Of a DNA stretch of 64,000 nt, positions 1 to 11,630 are shown piece by piece. The DNA lies in the NCBI GenBank assembly GCA_050084515.1, contig CM114271.1, positions 17,050,001 to 17,114,000 on the forward strand, written 5' to 3'. The DNA is from Blasia pusilla. Lineage: Eukaryota. The position numbers and the translations under genes were made by a program. Under the pieces are notes generated by a model that ran no database searches, was not told the DNA's origin, and was given only the letters and a program-made list of their open reading frames with translations. The stretch's first letter is position 1. Every line of letters starts with the position of its first letter.

Positions 1-170
1 GATGAACAAGTTCAAAGGTTGGTGGAGTCCAACGCCGATGAGAGCGAGCGGGCGATGGGATTTCCCATAGGAGTGACGGCAGTACCGTCAGTATCAGAGG
101 CATCACGACGCCATGTCTTGGGTCAGGCGATGGACTTGAACTGCTTCACATGGATCTTCAGCTTGGGAGT
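1..170 (+). pseudogene. C-terminal motifs IX-X of a putative C5 DNA cytosine methyltransferase domain (DNMT3/DRM-like) within the Gypsy pol frame
   Basis: Frame +1 reads LVESNADESERAMGFPIGVTAVPSVSEASRRHVLGQAMDLNCFTWIF, matching the E-x-E-R-x-x-G-F-P-x-x-x-T...R-x-x-x-L-G pattern of DNMT3/DRM C-termini. It is in the same frame as RT. Only the C-terminal end is visible. Confidence 0.72.
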
Positions 171-507
171 GGCTGAGCAGCGTCGGATGAGATCGCGACA
201 AATCTTAACGGTTGCGTTGGTGAGCCCCATGCCTACCGAGACGGTGGAGGCAGTGGTTAGGGGCGAGACCCAAGGAGATCGACACACCAGGGGAGATCGA
301 CAGAGACACCCTTGGACTTCTTGGGTTGTTTTGCAGGTACGCCAGGAGATGATAGCCATGGCATCGAGCGTGGTTCCGAGCACTAAATGTGGAGGAGATC
401 AGAGTTTGCACTTGGTTGCAGGAGAGCGGTCGAGTGTCGTTGTTTGAGATAGGGTTGCACCATAGCAACCACCGATATCCGCGTGGGAGACTCCTACCGT
501 AGTCACG

Positions 508-1965
508 ATGGAGATTTGGGAGCCAGATATGGGCCCTAAGTTGACAGAAGGAGAGCGGCGCCGAATACATCAGTTCCTCAAGAGTTATAGGAGCTACTTT
601 GCGTTTAACATGGAGGATTTGGGCAGGCTGAAGGGATCGGGGATCCGCATTGAGTTGTTGAGTGATACGCCGATCTTCCGACGACCCTACAGGTACATTG
701 ATATGGAGAGGGCTTTGATTCAGAGTAGGAGCCAGGACTTGGTTGGAGCAGGACTAGTGGAGATGTCGCATGGGGAGTATGCATCTGCCACTGTCATGCC
801 CGCCAAGAAGGATATGCACGGCAACTGGACGGATAGGCGGATGTATGGGGATTACCGACCTATCAATCGGCAGACGAAGTCGGATAGGTATGCCATGCCC
901 ATCCATGAGGAGATCTTTGATGCGATTGGTCACGTAAAGGTCTTCAGTTCATTGGATTTGCGAGCCGGATACCATCAGCTGCCTATCACATTGGAGGACA
1001 GGCATGAGACGACATTTTGGGGCATCGATCCTCACGGGAAGGATTTTTTTTGTATCGATGGCGGTTCTTACCATTTGGGTTAAAGAATGCCCCCGTTGAG
1101 TTTGAGAGGGTTATGGATAGGATCTTGGCTGGTCTGGATTTTGCTAGGTGTTATATTGATGACATCGTAGTCTTTAGTGTCACGGTTGAGGAGCATGAGC
1201 GACATCTAGAGGAGGTGTTGTGACCATTGCAATTACATGATCTCAAGCTACATCCAGGCAAGTGCAAGTTCTTCTACGACCAGATTGAGTACTTGGGTCA
1301 TACGATATACCCACCAGACGAAGGTAGAGGCTATCTCACGCATTCCACGCCCTACAGATGTGAGCCGTGTTCGCGCATTCATGGGATTGGCGAACTTCTA
1401 TCGGCGGTACGTCAAGGGATTCAGTTCGATTGCAAAGCCGTTGACCTTGCTGACCAAGGTGGATCACGAGTGGCACCGGGGGGATGAGCATGAGCAAGCA
1501 TTTCAATTGCTCAAGGACAGGTTGACGTCTGCGCCCATCTTGAGGAGACCAATCAAGGGGAGTCCTTTCCAGTTGCAAACAGATTGGAGCATGTTGGGGC
1601 TTGGAGCAATGCTCAGCCAACATGATGATGAGGGTAGAGAGTTCGTGGTGGCTTGCGCTAGCCGTTTGAACAACGTTGTAGAGGCAAAGTACAACTCGTA
1701 TAAGGGTGAGTGTTTGGCTTCAGTGTGGGCTCTTGCGCATTTCAGGTGTTACTTGTTCGGCAACCCCTTTACCATCATCATTGATCATCAACCACTGAAG
1801 TGGTTGATGGAGTCCGACAAGCTTACAGGGAAGCTTGCAAGATTGGCTCTGTTGTTGCAGGAGTATGATTTTCAGGTGGTCTATAGACCTGGAACGCTCA
1901 ACGAGGATGCAGATGGGTTGAGTCGTAACCCATGCTTGAGTCAGCGAGAAGCGAATGGAGCTTGA
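508..1965 (+). pseudogene. Gypsy reverse transcriptase + RNase H (frameshifted)
   Basis: ORFs 508-1083, 1017-1223, 1227-1487 and 1237-1965 carry consecutive RT/RH motifs. Confidence 0.95.
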
Positions 1966-2319
1966 TGGCATGGAGAGAGTGATGAGGAGTCAGTGCCAGG
2001 ATGGCACGCGTCATCCTATTTAGGCATGTTGGCTATGGAGAGCCAGAGTGTGGAGACTTCAATGGAGAGGTCTAGTGGAGAGTCCTTGGATCCCGAGGCC
2101 AGTGAGGAGACCACAGATGGCCGAGATATTCATGATGATGGAGTAGTCTTGGAGTACCTTTGTAATGGTAGCGTTGCAAGCACCATGGGTGCTAGAGAGC
2201 GGGATTGGATCCTACAACGGGCCAGACTGTTCCGTTGGGAGGGGACACATGTTTTAAGGGTTTAGGAGGATGGTAGAGTACGCGTAGTGCCGCATGCTTT
2301 ACAGAGAGCATGACTAGTG

Positions 2320-3419
2320 CAACATGCCCACAAGGAGTTGGGTCACTTTGGGGTGAAGCGGACGTACAACTTGTTCCAGATTCAGTATTGGTGGTGAGGC
2401 ATGCAGACTGACGTTCAGCAGTTTGTTGCCAGGTGCATGGTGTGTGATCGGGTCCGAGCATTGTTTAATGCTCCGACTCCACAGTTGCATCAATTACCGA
2501 TCATGGGCTTAGGATATAGATGGAGTTTGGATTTTGCAGCACCTTTGCCTTTGACAGAGCGTCACAGTCGTTATGTATTGGTGATGGTCGAGTACTTCTC
2601 GAAGTGGATTGAGTTGGTTGCATTGCCTGATAAATTGAGTGAAGGAGTAGCTTATGCCTTCCTTGACAGAGTGTTGAGTCATTATGGTGCACCAGCTGAG
2701 GTGTTGAAGACCAGCGCACCGAGTTTCGCGGTGAGTTCCAAGCCTTGTGTGATCAAGCGTTGATCGACCACCGCACGACTTTGCGAGATCATCCCGAGGC
2801 GGATGGATTAGCGGAGAGAGTTGTGCAGACGGTGAAGAGGGGTTTACGCAAGTATGGCTTGTAGAGAGGTCACCTAGGAGATTGGGACCTCCAATTTCCA
2901 TGGTTGGCGATGGGATACAGATTCAGCAGGCAGACATCCTTAGCGTCTTTTTCACCGTACTTCCTCCTTTATGGCTGAGAGCCAGATTTACCTACGGCCA
3001 TTTGTCGAGATGCTGGTGAGGTGTTGGACCTTGATGACCCAGATGTATGGATGCGAGCATGTTCTCAGAGGGCTGAGTTGTTTTGGAGAGTGATGCCCAC
3101 GGCGTTCGAGAAGTTGGCGATTGCGCAGCATCGGGATACGTTGAGGTATGCGAATATTCAGGGTGGTGGCTATCGACCAACTATCCGGAGGTTTCATCAA
3201 GGAGATTATGTCTACTTGCAACAGACGGCACCGACGATGTTGGATGTGACTGGAGGGCGCACTATCCTGAGAGTGCGTGACGTTTTCCCATCCGATATTC
3301 TCTTGCTGGAGGGACGAGATGGTATGGTATGGAAGGACCATGTGCGTAATTGTGCGCCATGTCACTTTCGTAACATTGATGGTACAGTAGATCCGAGCTC
3401 AGTAGTAGTTCTTGCATGA
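2320..3419 (+). pseudogene. Gypsy integrase (HHCC zinc domain + DDE core)
   Basis: HAHKELGHFG...CMVC; RWSLDFAAPLP; YVLVMVEYFSKW; GLAERVVQTVKR. Confidence 0.93.
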
Positions 3420-3566
3420 TTGCGTTGTATGTCGTGTGGTTCTGCTCGTGGTGCGGACACGATGTTAGTCTCTGATGGATGTTTGAGAGGTTGGCATATG
3501 GCATGTCTCACGCCACCTCTCACTAGGGTTCCTCAAGGACGATGGATGTGTCCTAGATGTGCATAG
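3420..3566 (+). pseudogene. PHD finger at the C-terminus of the Gypsy integrase
   Basis: After an in-frame TGA (3417-3419) the frame reads LRCMSCGSARGADTMLVSDGCLRGWHMACLTPPLTRVPQGRWMCPRCA*. This is C4HC3 spacing with one Cys->Ser change and the typical W-x-C-x-x-C end. Confidence 0.88.
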
Positions 3567-4096
3567 AGGAGATACCAGGTATGTTTCGATTCTGACTTTT
3601 TTCTGCGACTAACGATGGGGCCACATGAGCACCCGACCTTTATGCTCTTAGCGACCTAGAGATGTATGTCATGGTAGGTAGGGATAGATGACGATCTGGA
3701 GTTAGAGGGACCTAACCACTAGCTAGGGGGGGATTGGAGATATTTTAGTACTTCTTGTCTCGTTGTTTGGATGTCATGAGTTAGCATGGGATCGTGCGTG
3801 TTTCTGTGTGTGTTCGATGAAAGCGATGCATGTTGTGTAGCGATGTGTATGCGCACGACAGTTGTCACGTCTTTTAGGATAGATCCGTTAAATCTAGTAG
3901 AGTGCCTTCGTGAGTAGTGGAGGACAGATTAAGTAGGTCGAGGATGACCTGCTGAGGCCCCGAGAAACCTGAGAGAGCATGTTTTCCTTTCGTTTTGGCT
4001 CATTTGGAGCCATATTGAGGAACTTACTATTTTAGGTAAGTTCCATTTTGAGTATATGATCAACTTTCTATTTTTATTAAGTGGCCATTGACCTCC

Positions 4097-6463
4097 TATC
4101 TTGGATGCTCTTCTATCTTGCTTTGGAAATGGAAATCTAGCTTGTTTTCCAAATTGGCAAGTAGGGCATAACTCTAACATAGTAGGACTCGCTAATTTAG
4201 GAAGTATTAGTACTAGATTAGATGATGAAAGACTCTTTAATCTTTGAAGATTCATATTCCCAATTCTCTGATGTCACACATTTAGATATATAACTTGTGG
4301 TTTAGTTTGACCATACATTGATGTTTAAATTTCTGGCATAGAAACATCTAATTTGAATATTTTCCAGATCTTGTTCCTTTGGCTATCATATTCTGATCAT
4401 CAATTCTTTCAAGGAAATAACCATTTGTGTTAAATTTCACTTGATAACCTTGTTCTTCTATCTGTCATATAGAGATCAATGGTAGGAATATAGATAACAT
4501 TTCCAAGAGCACAAACACCATATGATGCTATTGGAACTTTATCTATATGCGTGATATAATGTTGAGTATCATCTCCTGTGAGCATTCATTGGCTCCATAC
4601 GACTGAACTATTTAGCTTGTAAGGTCATGTGATTTGTTGCACTAGAGTCGACATACCAATCTACTGTCGAGTCTTTCTTGATTATTGCTCTCATATGATG
4701 AATTTATAAATATTGTTGTTCTTGACACTTCTCTTGATGTTGTCGCTCCTCATAGTTTTGTTGTTGTAAAGCTCTCGTTCTCATATCTGCCTTCTTCTTG
4801 AAATACAACTTTATACAATAACCCTTTATACCACAGTAATTATAAAATCCAGGGATTCTCTGTTGCTGACTTCGACCCTAATGGTTTTCAACATGACAAC
4901 CTTGTGATTGTGTTTGGTATTGGTTTGTAGTTGGTTGAATAACGTTTTGTTAAGTGCCTCTTCCTCCATATACTTGATATTTACCACGATCACGGAAGTT
5001 TCTACCACAACCTCTGCCTCTATTTGATCCATTACCTACTAATAGCGCACTCTCTTGCATACTAGACAAGCTACCGCTGCCTACTAGGCGTCTTTCCTCA
5101 CTAATTAACGGAGGAACTGATTCTTGGAAGGTTGGATACTTCTCTCTCATAAAGATAAAGATCTCAAAAGACTTATAATATTTTGGAAGGAATTGAAGAG
5201 TGAACAAAATCAGATCATCATCTTTGACAGTCATTCCAATGCTATTCAACTAATCAACAATATGTCCGATACTGAAAACATAGTTATTAATATTTTGCGA
5301 TCCTTTTCTTACTTCGCTCAATTGTAGCTTTGGCCTTAATAGATGTTTGGAATAGCCTTTCCAATGCATCTCTTTCTTTCTTCAAAATATCAACATTTTG
5401 AATGTGACTTATTATTGATAAACATATATTTTCTGAAATATAGTTGATTACTTGCCTTACGTCTTTGTTTCAAGCGCGAACATTCAAGTCTGTTAAATCA
5501 CCTTCTGGTTTAGCCTCATCACAAGTAACAAGCTTCCATAGTTCTTGACCTATGAGAAGTTGTTTCAAGCGAAACTTCTAGAAATTATAATTATGTTTAT
5601 TTAGTTTCTCGTATATGATTTTGTTGACAAATACTCCATGAAGAACGATGTTACTCACAAAAATATATTTTCAGACTCTCCATGGCTCCAATTCAAGCAT
5701 TGAGCATTTCTTAACATAAATTGATATGAAAATTTCAGTATTAACCAATTGTATGAAAGAACTAGTCGAAATTGGCATATAGAGAGCAAACTGCACAACT
5801 CTTCTTTACTAATTGCACTTTCCTACACTAAAATTACTATTGCTAGAGCTAAGGATGTCAAAATTGATTAATTTTGCATGTGTTGGAAAGCTCTTAAAGA
5901 GTTCTGCAAGATGGTCAGAACTAGTCTTTGATATCCTTCTAACTAATGCAGACTCAGATTGCTAAATTGACCGGGAAAGCCCTAAAAAATGCCTACAAAG
6001 TTTTGTCCCCTCATAGCTCCACTTGAAATCTTTTGCTAGTGAGCTCTCAATGAAGTTTCCTTCTCCCAAACTAAAATTGTGCCTTCTCTTGCCTCTTTTA
6101 TTTTCTTAACAATAAGAATTTAAATTTATATTCTCATATAACTCTGATACCATGTAGAAAACTCCTAAAGAAGCATAACTAGTGGGATACGACTATCACA
6201 CTCATATATCACCATGGAGAATGAAATTTTGCAATGAGAGAATGAGTGGAGGCTCGTCCCCTTCTCAATTATATAAGATATATACAAGCCATCCTAACCC
6301 TGATCCCAACCAAAGTCTTAAGCTAGACTAATAGTTATAAACCAACTATAGTTAAGATAATCGTGCTTAACTCACTACTCAATTAAGCTTTCCTACTTCG
6401 TGTGAGTAGCAAATGTAACAATTCAGATGTTCAATGAGCTTGACTATAACTCAGTCTTTAATA
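4097..6463 (-). mobile_element. Ty1/Copia retrotransposon copy 1 (5' LTR, PBS, gag, protease, pre-integrase; truncated)
   Basis: Gag fragments (MNSIGMTVKDDDLILFTLQFLPKYY), GAG-pre-integrase CPTCQFGKQAR; colinear with copy 2 at ~8720-11158. Confidence 0.9.
6153..6463 (-). repeat. 5' LTR of Copia copy 1, with adjacent tRNA-iMet primer binding site (6142-6152)
   Basis: ctctgatacca (= TGGTATCAGAG on minus) abuts tgtagaaa; homologous to 10853-11158. Confidence 0.85.
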
Positions 6464-7611
6464 CCCTTGTCTTTCCTTCCACCATGAATTGTAAAGTATG
6501 GGCTCCACCTGTTGCAATCCTTGTCCCAGACTATGTCCAAACTTGTTCATGTCCATTTTTGTGCAACCATGGATGGGATCCCATGGCTAAGTCCTTTTAT
6601 AAGATGGTCATAACCTCACCTAATTCCACGGACATGGAAATTTTCCACATGCATCCTTTTCCCCTATCTCAGGTTGTTTTTTTCTTAGCATAGTTGCCCA
6701 CGTATGCTTGAGAAGCGAGAGTAGGTGTGGGCTCAAACTAAGGGAGACGAGGAGGGATTGAATGGCTGGGCGAGCTATGAGCCCGCACAAGGCCCATGGC
6801 TCTCTTGTGGAGGGCAAGCTCTTGATCCGAAATGCCTAGTGTGGACGAGGAAGGCTGAGTGCAAGCAACGCATGGGCTCTATACGTATCTATGTGTATGG
6901 AAGAGGCCCGAGTTCAGTGTGGGCTACAAAACGGGTGTTAAGAACGAGCAATGGGTCAGTTCTTCCTCCTTCAACCTCCACTCCCTCCCCCCTTATTGCC
7001 TAGCCCTTGCCTTCCAGGATGAACTATAAGTGTGGACCCCGCCTTTTATATTCCATGTGATCATGTCTGTGGACATGTCCAAACTTGTCTGTCCATATTT
7101 TTTTTTCAAGCATGTGGGTGAGGCGAGCCTGGGTTTGGGCAGCGAGAAGTTGGGCTCACAAGAATATGTTTGTTGACATGGACTTTATCTATATGCAACC
7201 TTATTAGGATAGGGGAATTCCATTTTGAAATAAAAATTATGAAATTAAAAGAATATCCACAAACTCAAGAAGGTTTATAAAGTGATATTTCCATAACTTA
7301 TATCATGGAGTCTTCTATTTTTAATAATCTCCCTCTTCATTTTTGTCTTAATATTTTCATTTCTGAAAATTTTATATTATATATATATTTTTTTCTTTTA
7401 AATGGGCATCTTATCATGATTGCACAAAAAATGGACAAGTCCCTCCTCAAGACGAACATGGATGGACAAGTTTGGATATGTCCGAACATAGATTGCAAGT
7501 ACGAACATAGATTGCAAAAGATGGGGTCCATACTTATAGTTAATGATAGAAGGCATGGTAAGGGTGGGTGGGGCAATAAGGAGAATAGGAGTGGAGGTGG
7601 GAGGAGGAAGA
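6464..7611. repeat. Three partial copies of a short dispersed repeat or MITE-like end (6464-6570 +, ~6960-7105 +, ~7415-7611 -)
   Basis: Shared blocks atgtccaaacttgt and aactataagt..ggacccc; terminal motif CATGGTTGCACAAAAATGGACA, with a variant again at ~11655. Confidence 0.6.
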
Positions 7612-7721
7612 AACGAGAAAGTGTTGATCACAAAGGAAAATGTTTGGATGAGAAAGGAGGGGGAAACCTTAATTGCAACTTCTTCAAAATAACTCGGCTC
7701 CTATTCTTGAAGGGTAGTCAT

Positions 7722-10700
7722 CATATATGCATGATATGTCACAAAGAATCCTTCATTTATGAATCTATGACTAAGATGTGTCACTCTACTTGATCTACGA
7801 AGTTAATTTTCAAAGATGGATGCCTCTGACACTTGACTTGAGCTCTAACTTATATCAACCGGCTGAATACGTATTCTTCTCGTCCATGGACTGACAGATT
7901 AACTGATGAATCTAGGACCTTTCCTAATTCTGCACTAGTACTTGGGAAATTTATAGGCAATATCTGTTGGTTGACAATCATATTCTCCGCCTCAATAGAC
8001 GAGTTTAGAGATGGAACAAGCTCAGATGGAGCAAACTATGACTTTAGTTCATCAAAGAAACCATCGCGATTAATAGTAAGCTTACTAGAGGATGGAATGT
8101 AGCACTTATACCCCTTAGTTCCATCAACATAGCCAATGAAGATACATCTTTCAGACTTGGGGTCTAATTTTTGACATCTTTCTGAAAAAAACATGAGCAT
8201 AACAAATACAGCCAAATACTTTCAAGAAGGAAAAATTAGGTTTATTGTCTGTAAAGACTTTGAATGGATTCTTATCATGAACTCATGTTGTTGGAGTTTG
8301 GTTGATTAAGAAGCCAACGCACGCAACAACCTTTGCCCAATACACCTTATGCATGTTCTTCTCATTCAATATAGCATGTGTCGCCTCAACAATATGTCGA
8401 TTCTTCCTCTTAGCCACTCAGTTTTGTTGTCGAGTATAATGGCAAGTCTTTTAATATTGGATGCCATTTTGATGTAAATAGTCATCAAACTCTGTTGAAA
8501 GATACTCTCCTCCTCCATCACAACGCAATTTCAGAATGTGTTCTTCAGTCTGCTTCTCTACTATAACTATGAATATTTGGAAAACTGAGAATATTTATTA
8601 CTTGGCTTTCAAAAAGTATATCCATATACACCTAGATAAGTCATCAATAAATGAAAGAAAGAACTGGAAACCACTAAGGCTATATTGTGATGTTGTGCAC
8701 ATATTAGTGTGAATCAACTCCATTATCTTGGATGCTCTTCTACCTTGCTTTAGAAATGGAGATCTAGCTTATTTTCCAAATTGGCAAGCAACGCATACCT
8801 CTAATGGAATAGGACTCACTAATTTAGGAAGTCCTATTACTAGATTAGATGATGAAATACTTTGTAATCTTTGAAGATTCATATGCCCAATTCTCTTATG
8901 CCATGCATTTACATCTGTGACTTTTTGGCCGGTTTGACCATACATTGTTGTTTGAATCTCTTGCATAGAAACATCTAATTTGAACATTCTCCCTGATCTA
9001 GTTTCTTTGGCTATCAAAGTATTGTAATCCATTATTTCAATGAAACAACCATTTCTATTAAACTTCACTTGATAACCGTGTTCTACTATCTGTCTTATAA
9101 AGATCAAGTTTCTTGCAATGGGAGGAATATAGAGAACATTTCCAAGAGCACAAAGACCATATGATGCTATTGGAACTTTAACGGTATGCGTGATATGATG
9201 TTGAGTGTCATCTTCTGTTAGCACTATTGCAAAATCTTTCACTAACTCCATACTACTGAACCATTTTGCTTGTGAGGTTATGTGATTTGATGCACCAAAG
9301 TTGATATAGCAATCCGTTGTTGAGTTTCTCTTGACCATTTCTCCTATATGATGAGTCATGACCAAGAGATACTTAGTTTGTATATGTTGTTGTTCTTGAT
9401 ACTGACCTTGGTGTTGTTTCTCAACATAATTTTGTTGCTATAAGGCTCCCATTCTCATATCTGCCTTCTTCTTGAACCAAAACTTTGTAGAGTGACTCTT
9501 TATTCCACAGTAATTGCAACATCCAGAGACCCTCTGTTGCTCATCTAAACTCAAGAGTTTCCACCATCATCACCTTGTGATTGTGTCTGATACTGATTCG
9601 TAGTTGATTGAGTGACGTTATATTCAGTGTCTCTTCCTCAATATGTTTGATATCCACAAAAAACACGAAAGCTTCTACCACGACCTCTGCCTCTGTTTGA
9701 TCCATTACATGTAAATAGCGCACTCTCTTGCATAATAGAAGAGCTATTGCTGCCTACTAATTGTATTTCTTCACTGATTAGTAATGAGACTAACTCTTGA
9801 AAGGTTGGATACTTCTCTCTCACAGAGATAGAGGTCTCAAAGGACTTGTAATCCTTTGGAAGGCCTTGAAGAGTGAAAAAAATTATATCATCATCTTCTA
9901 CTCTCACTCCAATGCTATTCAATTGATCAATAATAAGTTTGATACTCAAAACATAGTCATTAATGCTCTACGATCCTTTCCTCACTTCATTTAATTGTTG
10001 TTTCAATTGAAGCTTTCTAGCGTTTCTTTATGTCTAGAAAAACTGTTCTAATGCATCCCTCTTCTCCTTTGGAGTATGAATATCTTGAATGTGACCTATC
10101 ATTGGCAAACTGTTTATTATTGAAATGTAGTGGATTATCTGTCTTGCGCGTTTGTTCCAAGCGCGGACTTTCAAGTCTGGTGAGTCAACTTCTAGCTTGG
10201 CCTCATCACCTGTTACAAGTTCCCATAGTTTTTGGCCCATAAGAAAATATTTCATTCAAAATTTCTAGAAATTGAATTTTTTTAATCTAGCTTCTCGCTT
10301 GTGATTGTTGTTGAAGAATACTCCATGAAGAACGATTTCTCACTAAAAAAATGTAATTTCAGGCTCTCCAATGCTCCACTTCAAACATAGATAACTCCAA
10401 AACCAAATTTGACCTAAAATTTTCCAAAATTGATCAAATGTATGAAAGAACTAGTTGAAATTGGCATGTGGAGAGCAAGTTGCTCAACTTCTCTTCACTA
10501 ATTGTACTTTCCTATAATGAAATTGCTAATGCAAGAGCTCAGAATGTCAAAATTGAGTGATTTTGGATGCGTTGGAAAGCTCTCAACAAGCTTTACAAGA
10601 CGGTTAGAACCATAATTTGGCATTTATCTGAGAGACATGGACATTGATTGCTAAATTTATCGAGGAAGCCCTAAAAAATACCTCCAAAGTTTTGTCATTG

Positions 10701-11158
10701 TCACAGCTTGACCTGAAATCTTCTACCACTTAGCTCTCAATGAAATCTTCTTCTTCCAAACTGAAATTGTGCCTTCTCTTGCCTCTATTTTCTATCTTCT
10801 CTCCTCAAACACTAAGAATTTCAAGTGATATTCTCATATCACTTTGATACTACGTAGAAAACTTCTAAAGAAGCATCACTTGTAGAAAACGACTCTCACA
10901 CTCACACACCACCATGGAAACTTTGCAATAAGAGAATGAGTGGAGGTTGGTCCCCTTCTCAATTATATAGGGTATATACAAGAAACCCTAATCCTAATCA
11001 TAACCATAATCTTGAATTAGACTACTGTGATTATCTAACCCCAATTAAGATGATGACGCTTAACTAACTAACCAAGATTAAGCTTCCCTACTTTGTATGA
11101 GTACCAAATGTAGCATTTTGGATGTCTGATGAGGTTGAACGTAACTCAGTCTTCAATA
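7722..11158 (-). mobile_element. Ty1/Copia retrotransposon copy 2 (5' LTR, PBS, gag with zinc knuckle, protease, integrase; RT end missing)
   Basis: Gag (MKYFLMGQKLWELV), protease-like CYINFGASNHIT, WHKRIGHMN...CVACQFGK, integrase FIDDLSR / LRCDGGGEY; many stops. Confidence 0.92.
10853..11158 (-). repeat. 5' LTR of Copia copy 2 with degenerate PBS (10842-10852)
   Basis: Aligns by eye to 6153-6463; ctttgatacta is a decayed ctctgatacca. Confidence 0.85.
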
Positions 11159-11214
11159 AAAATGAGTTCAAATTGAGGAAAGAGGCATAAAAATATCTAT
11201 TTTAAAGGCTGGAG

Positions 11215-11630
11215 TAGAAGATCTGAATTAAATAATTGGTTTTGTAAGTCAACTTATGTAATTTGTATGAAACCTACTCTTGATGTAGTTAGGAAAATCT
11301 TGAGGTTTGTCAAATTTACAAGTCAATTTGGAATTCCTTACTTGTCCTCTAAGGCTTTAGAGTTGTTCAGATATATAGATTAGGCAAAAATTTCTTCAAT
11401 AGAAATTTGACCTTTGAGTATGTATTTCAAATTGGAAGTGTTGCAATGAGATAGATTATAGAGAAATAACCAAATGTTGGCTTATTGTCAAGAAATGCTA
11501 AATACAAAGGAGCAAGTGTAGTCGGTTGGTAGCATAAAAATCAATTAGTTGGATATTTTAATCTAAGGTAAACACTTAGAATGTTTAGATCCACATATTA
11601 TATATAGATATAACTTCATTAGAATCCACT
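11215..11630 (+). pseudogene. Highly decayed Copia RT C-terminus / RNase H relic
   Basis: Translates to LDVVRKILRFVK...FEYVFQIGSVAM..IIEK.PNVGLLSRNAKYKGA, resembling Copia LRYVKGT...GYVFxLGSGAISWSSKKQPTVALSSTEAEY. Confidence 0.7.

Larger units (their letters stand above)
1..4096 (+). mobile_element. Ty3/Gypsy LTR retrotransposon (decayed; 5' part outside the window); pol order MTase-like - RT - RNase H - integrase - PHD finger
   Basis: RT motifs (RMYGDYRPIN, SSLDLRAGYHQ, LPFGLKNAP, YIDDI), RNase H (QTDWS, ECLASVWA, IIDHQPL, DADGLSR) and integrase (H..H, CMVC, WSLDF, GLAER) in RT-RH-INT order, with many stops and frameshifts. The 3' boundary is approximate, placed where Copia homology begins. 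Confidence 0.93.
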
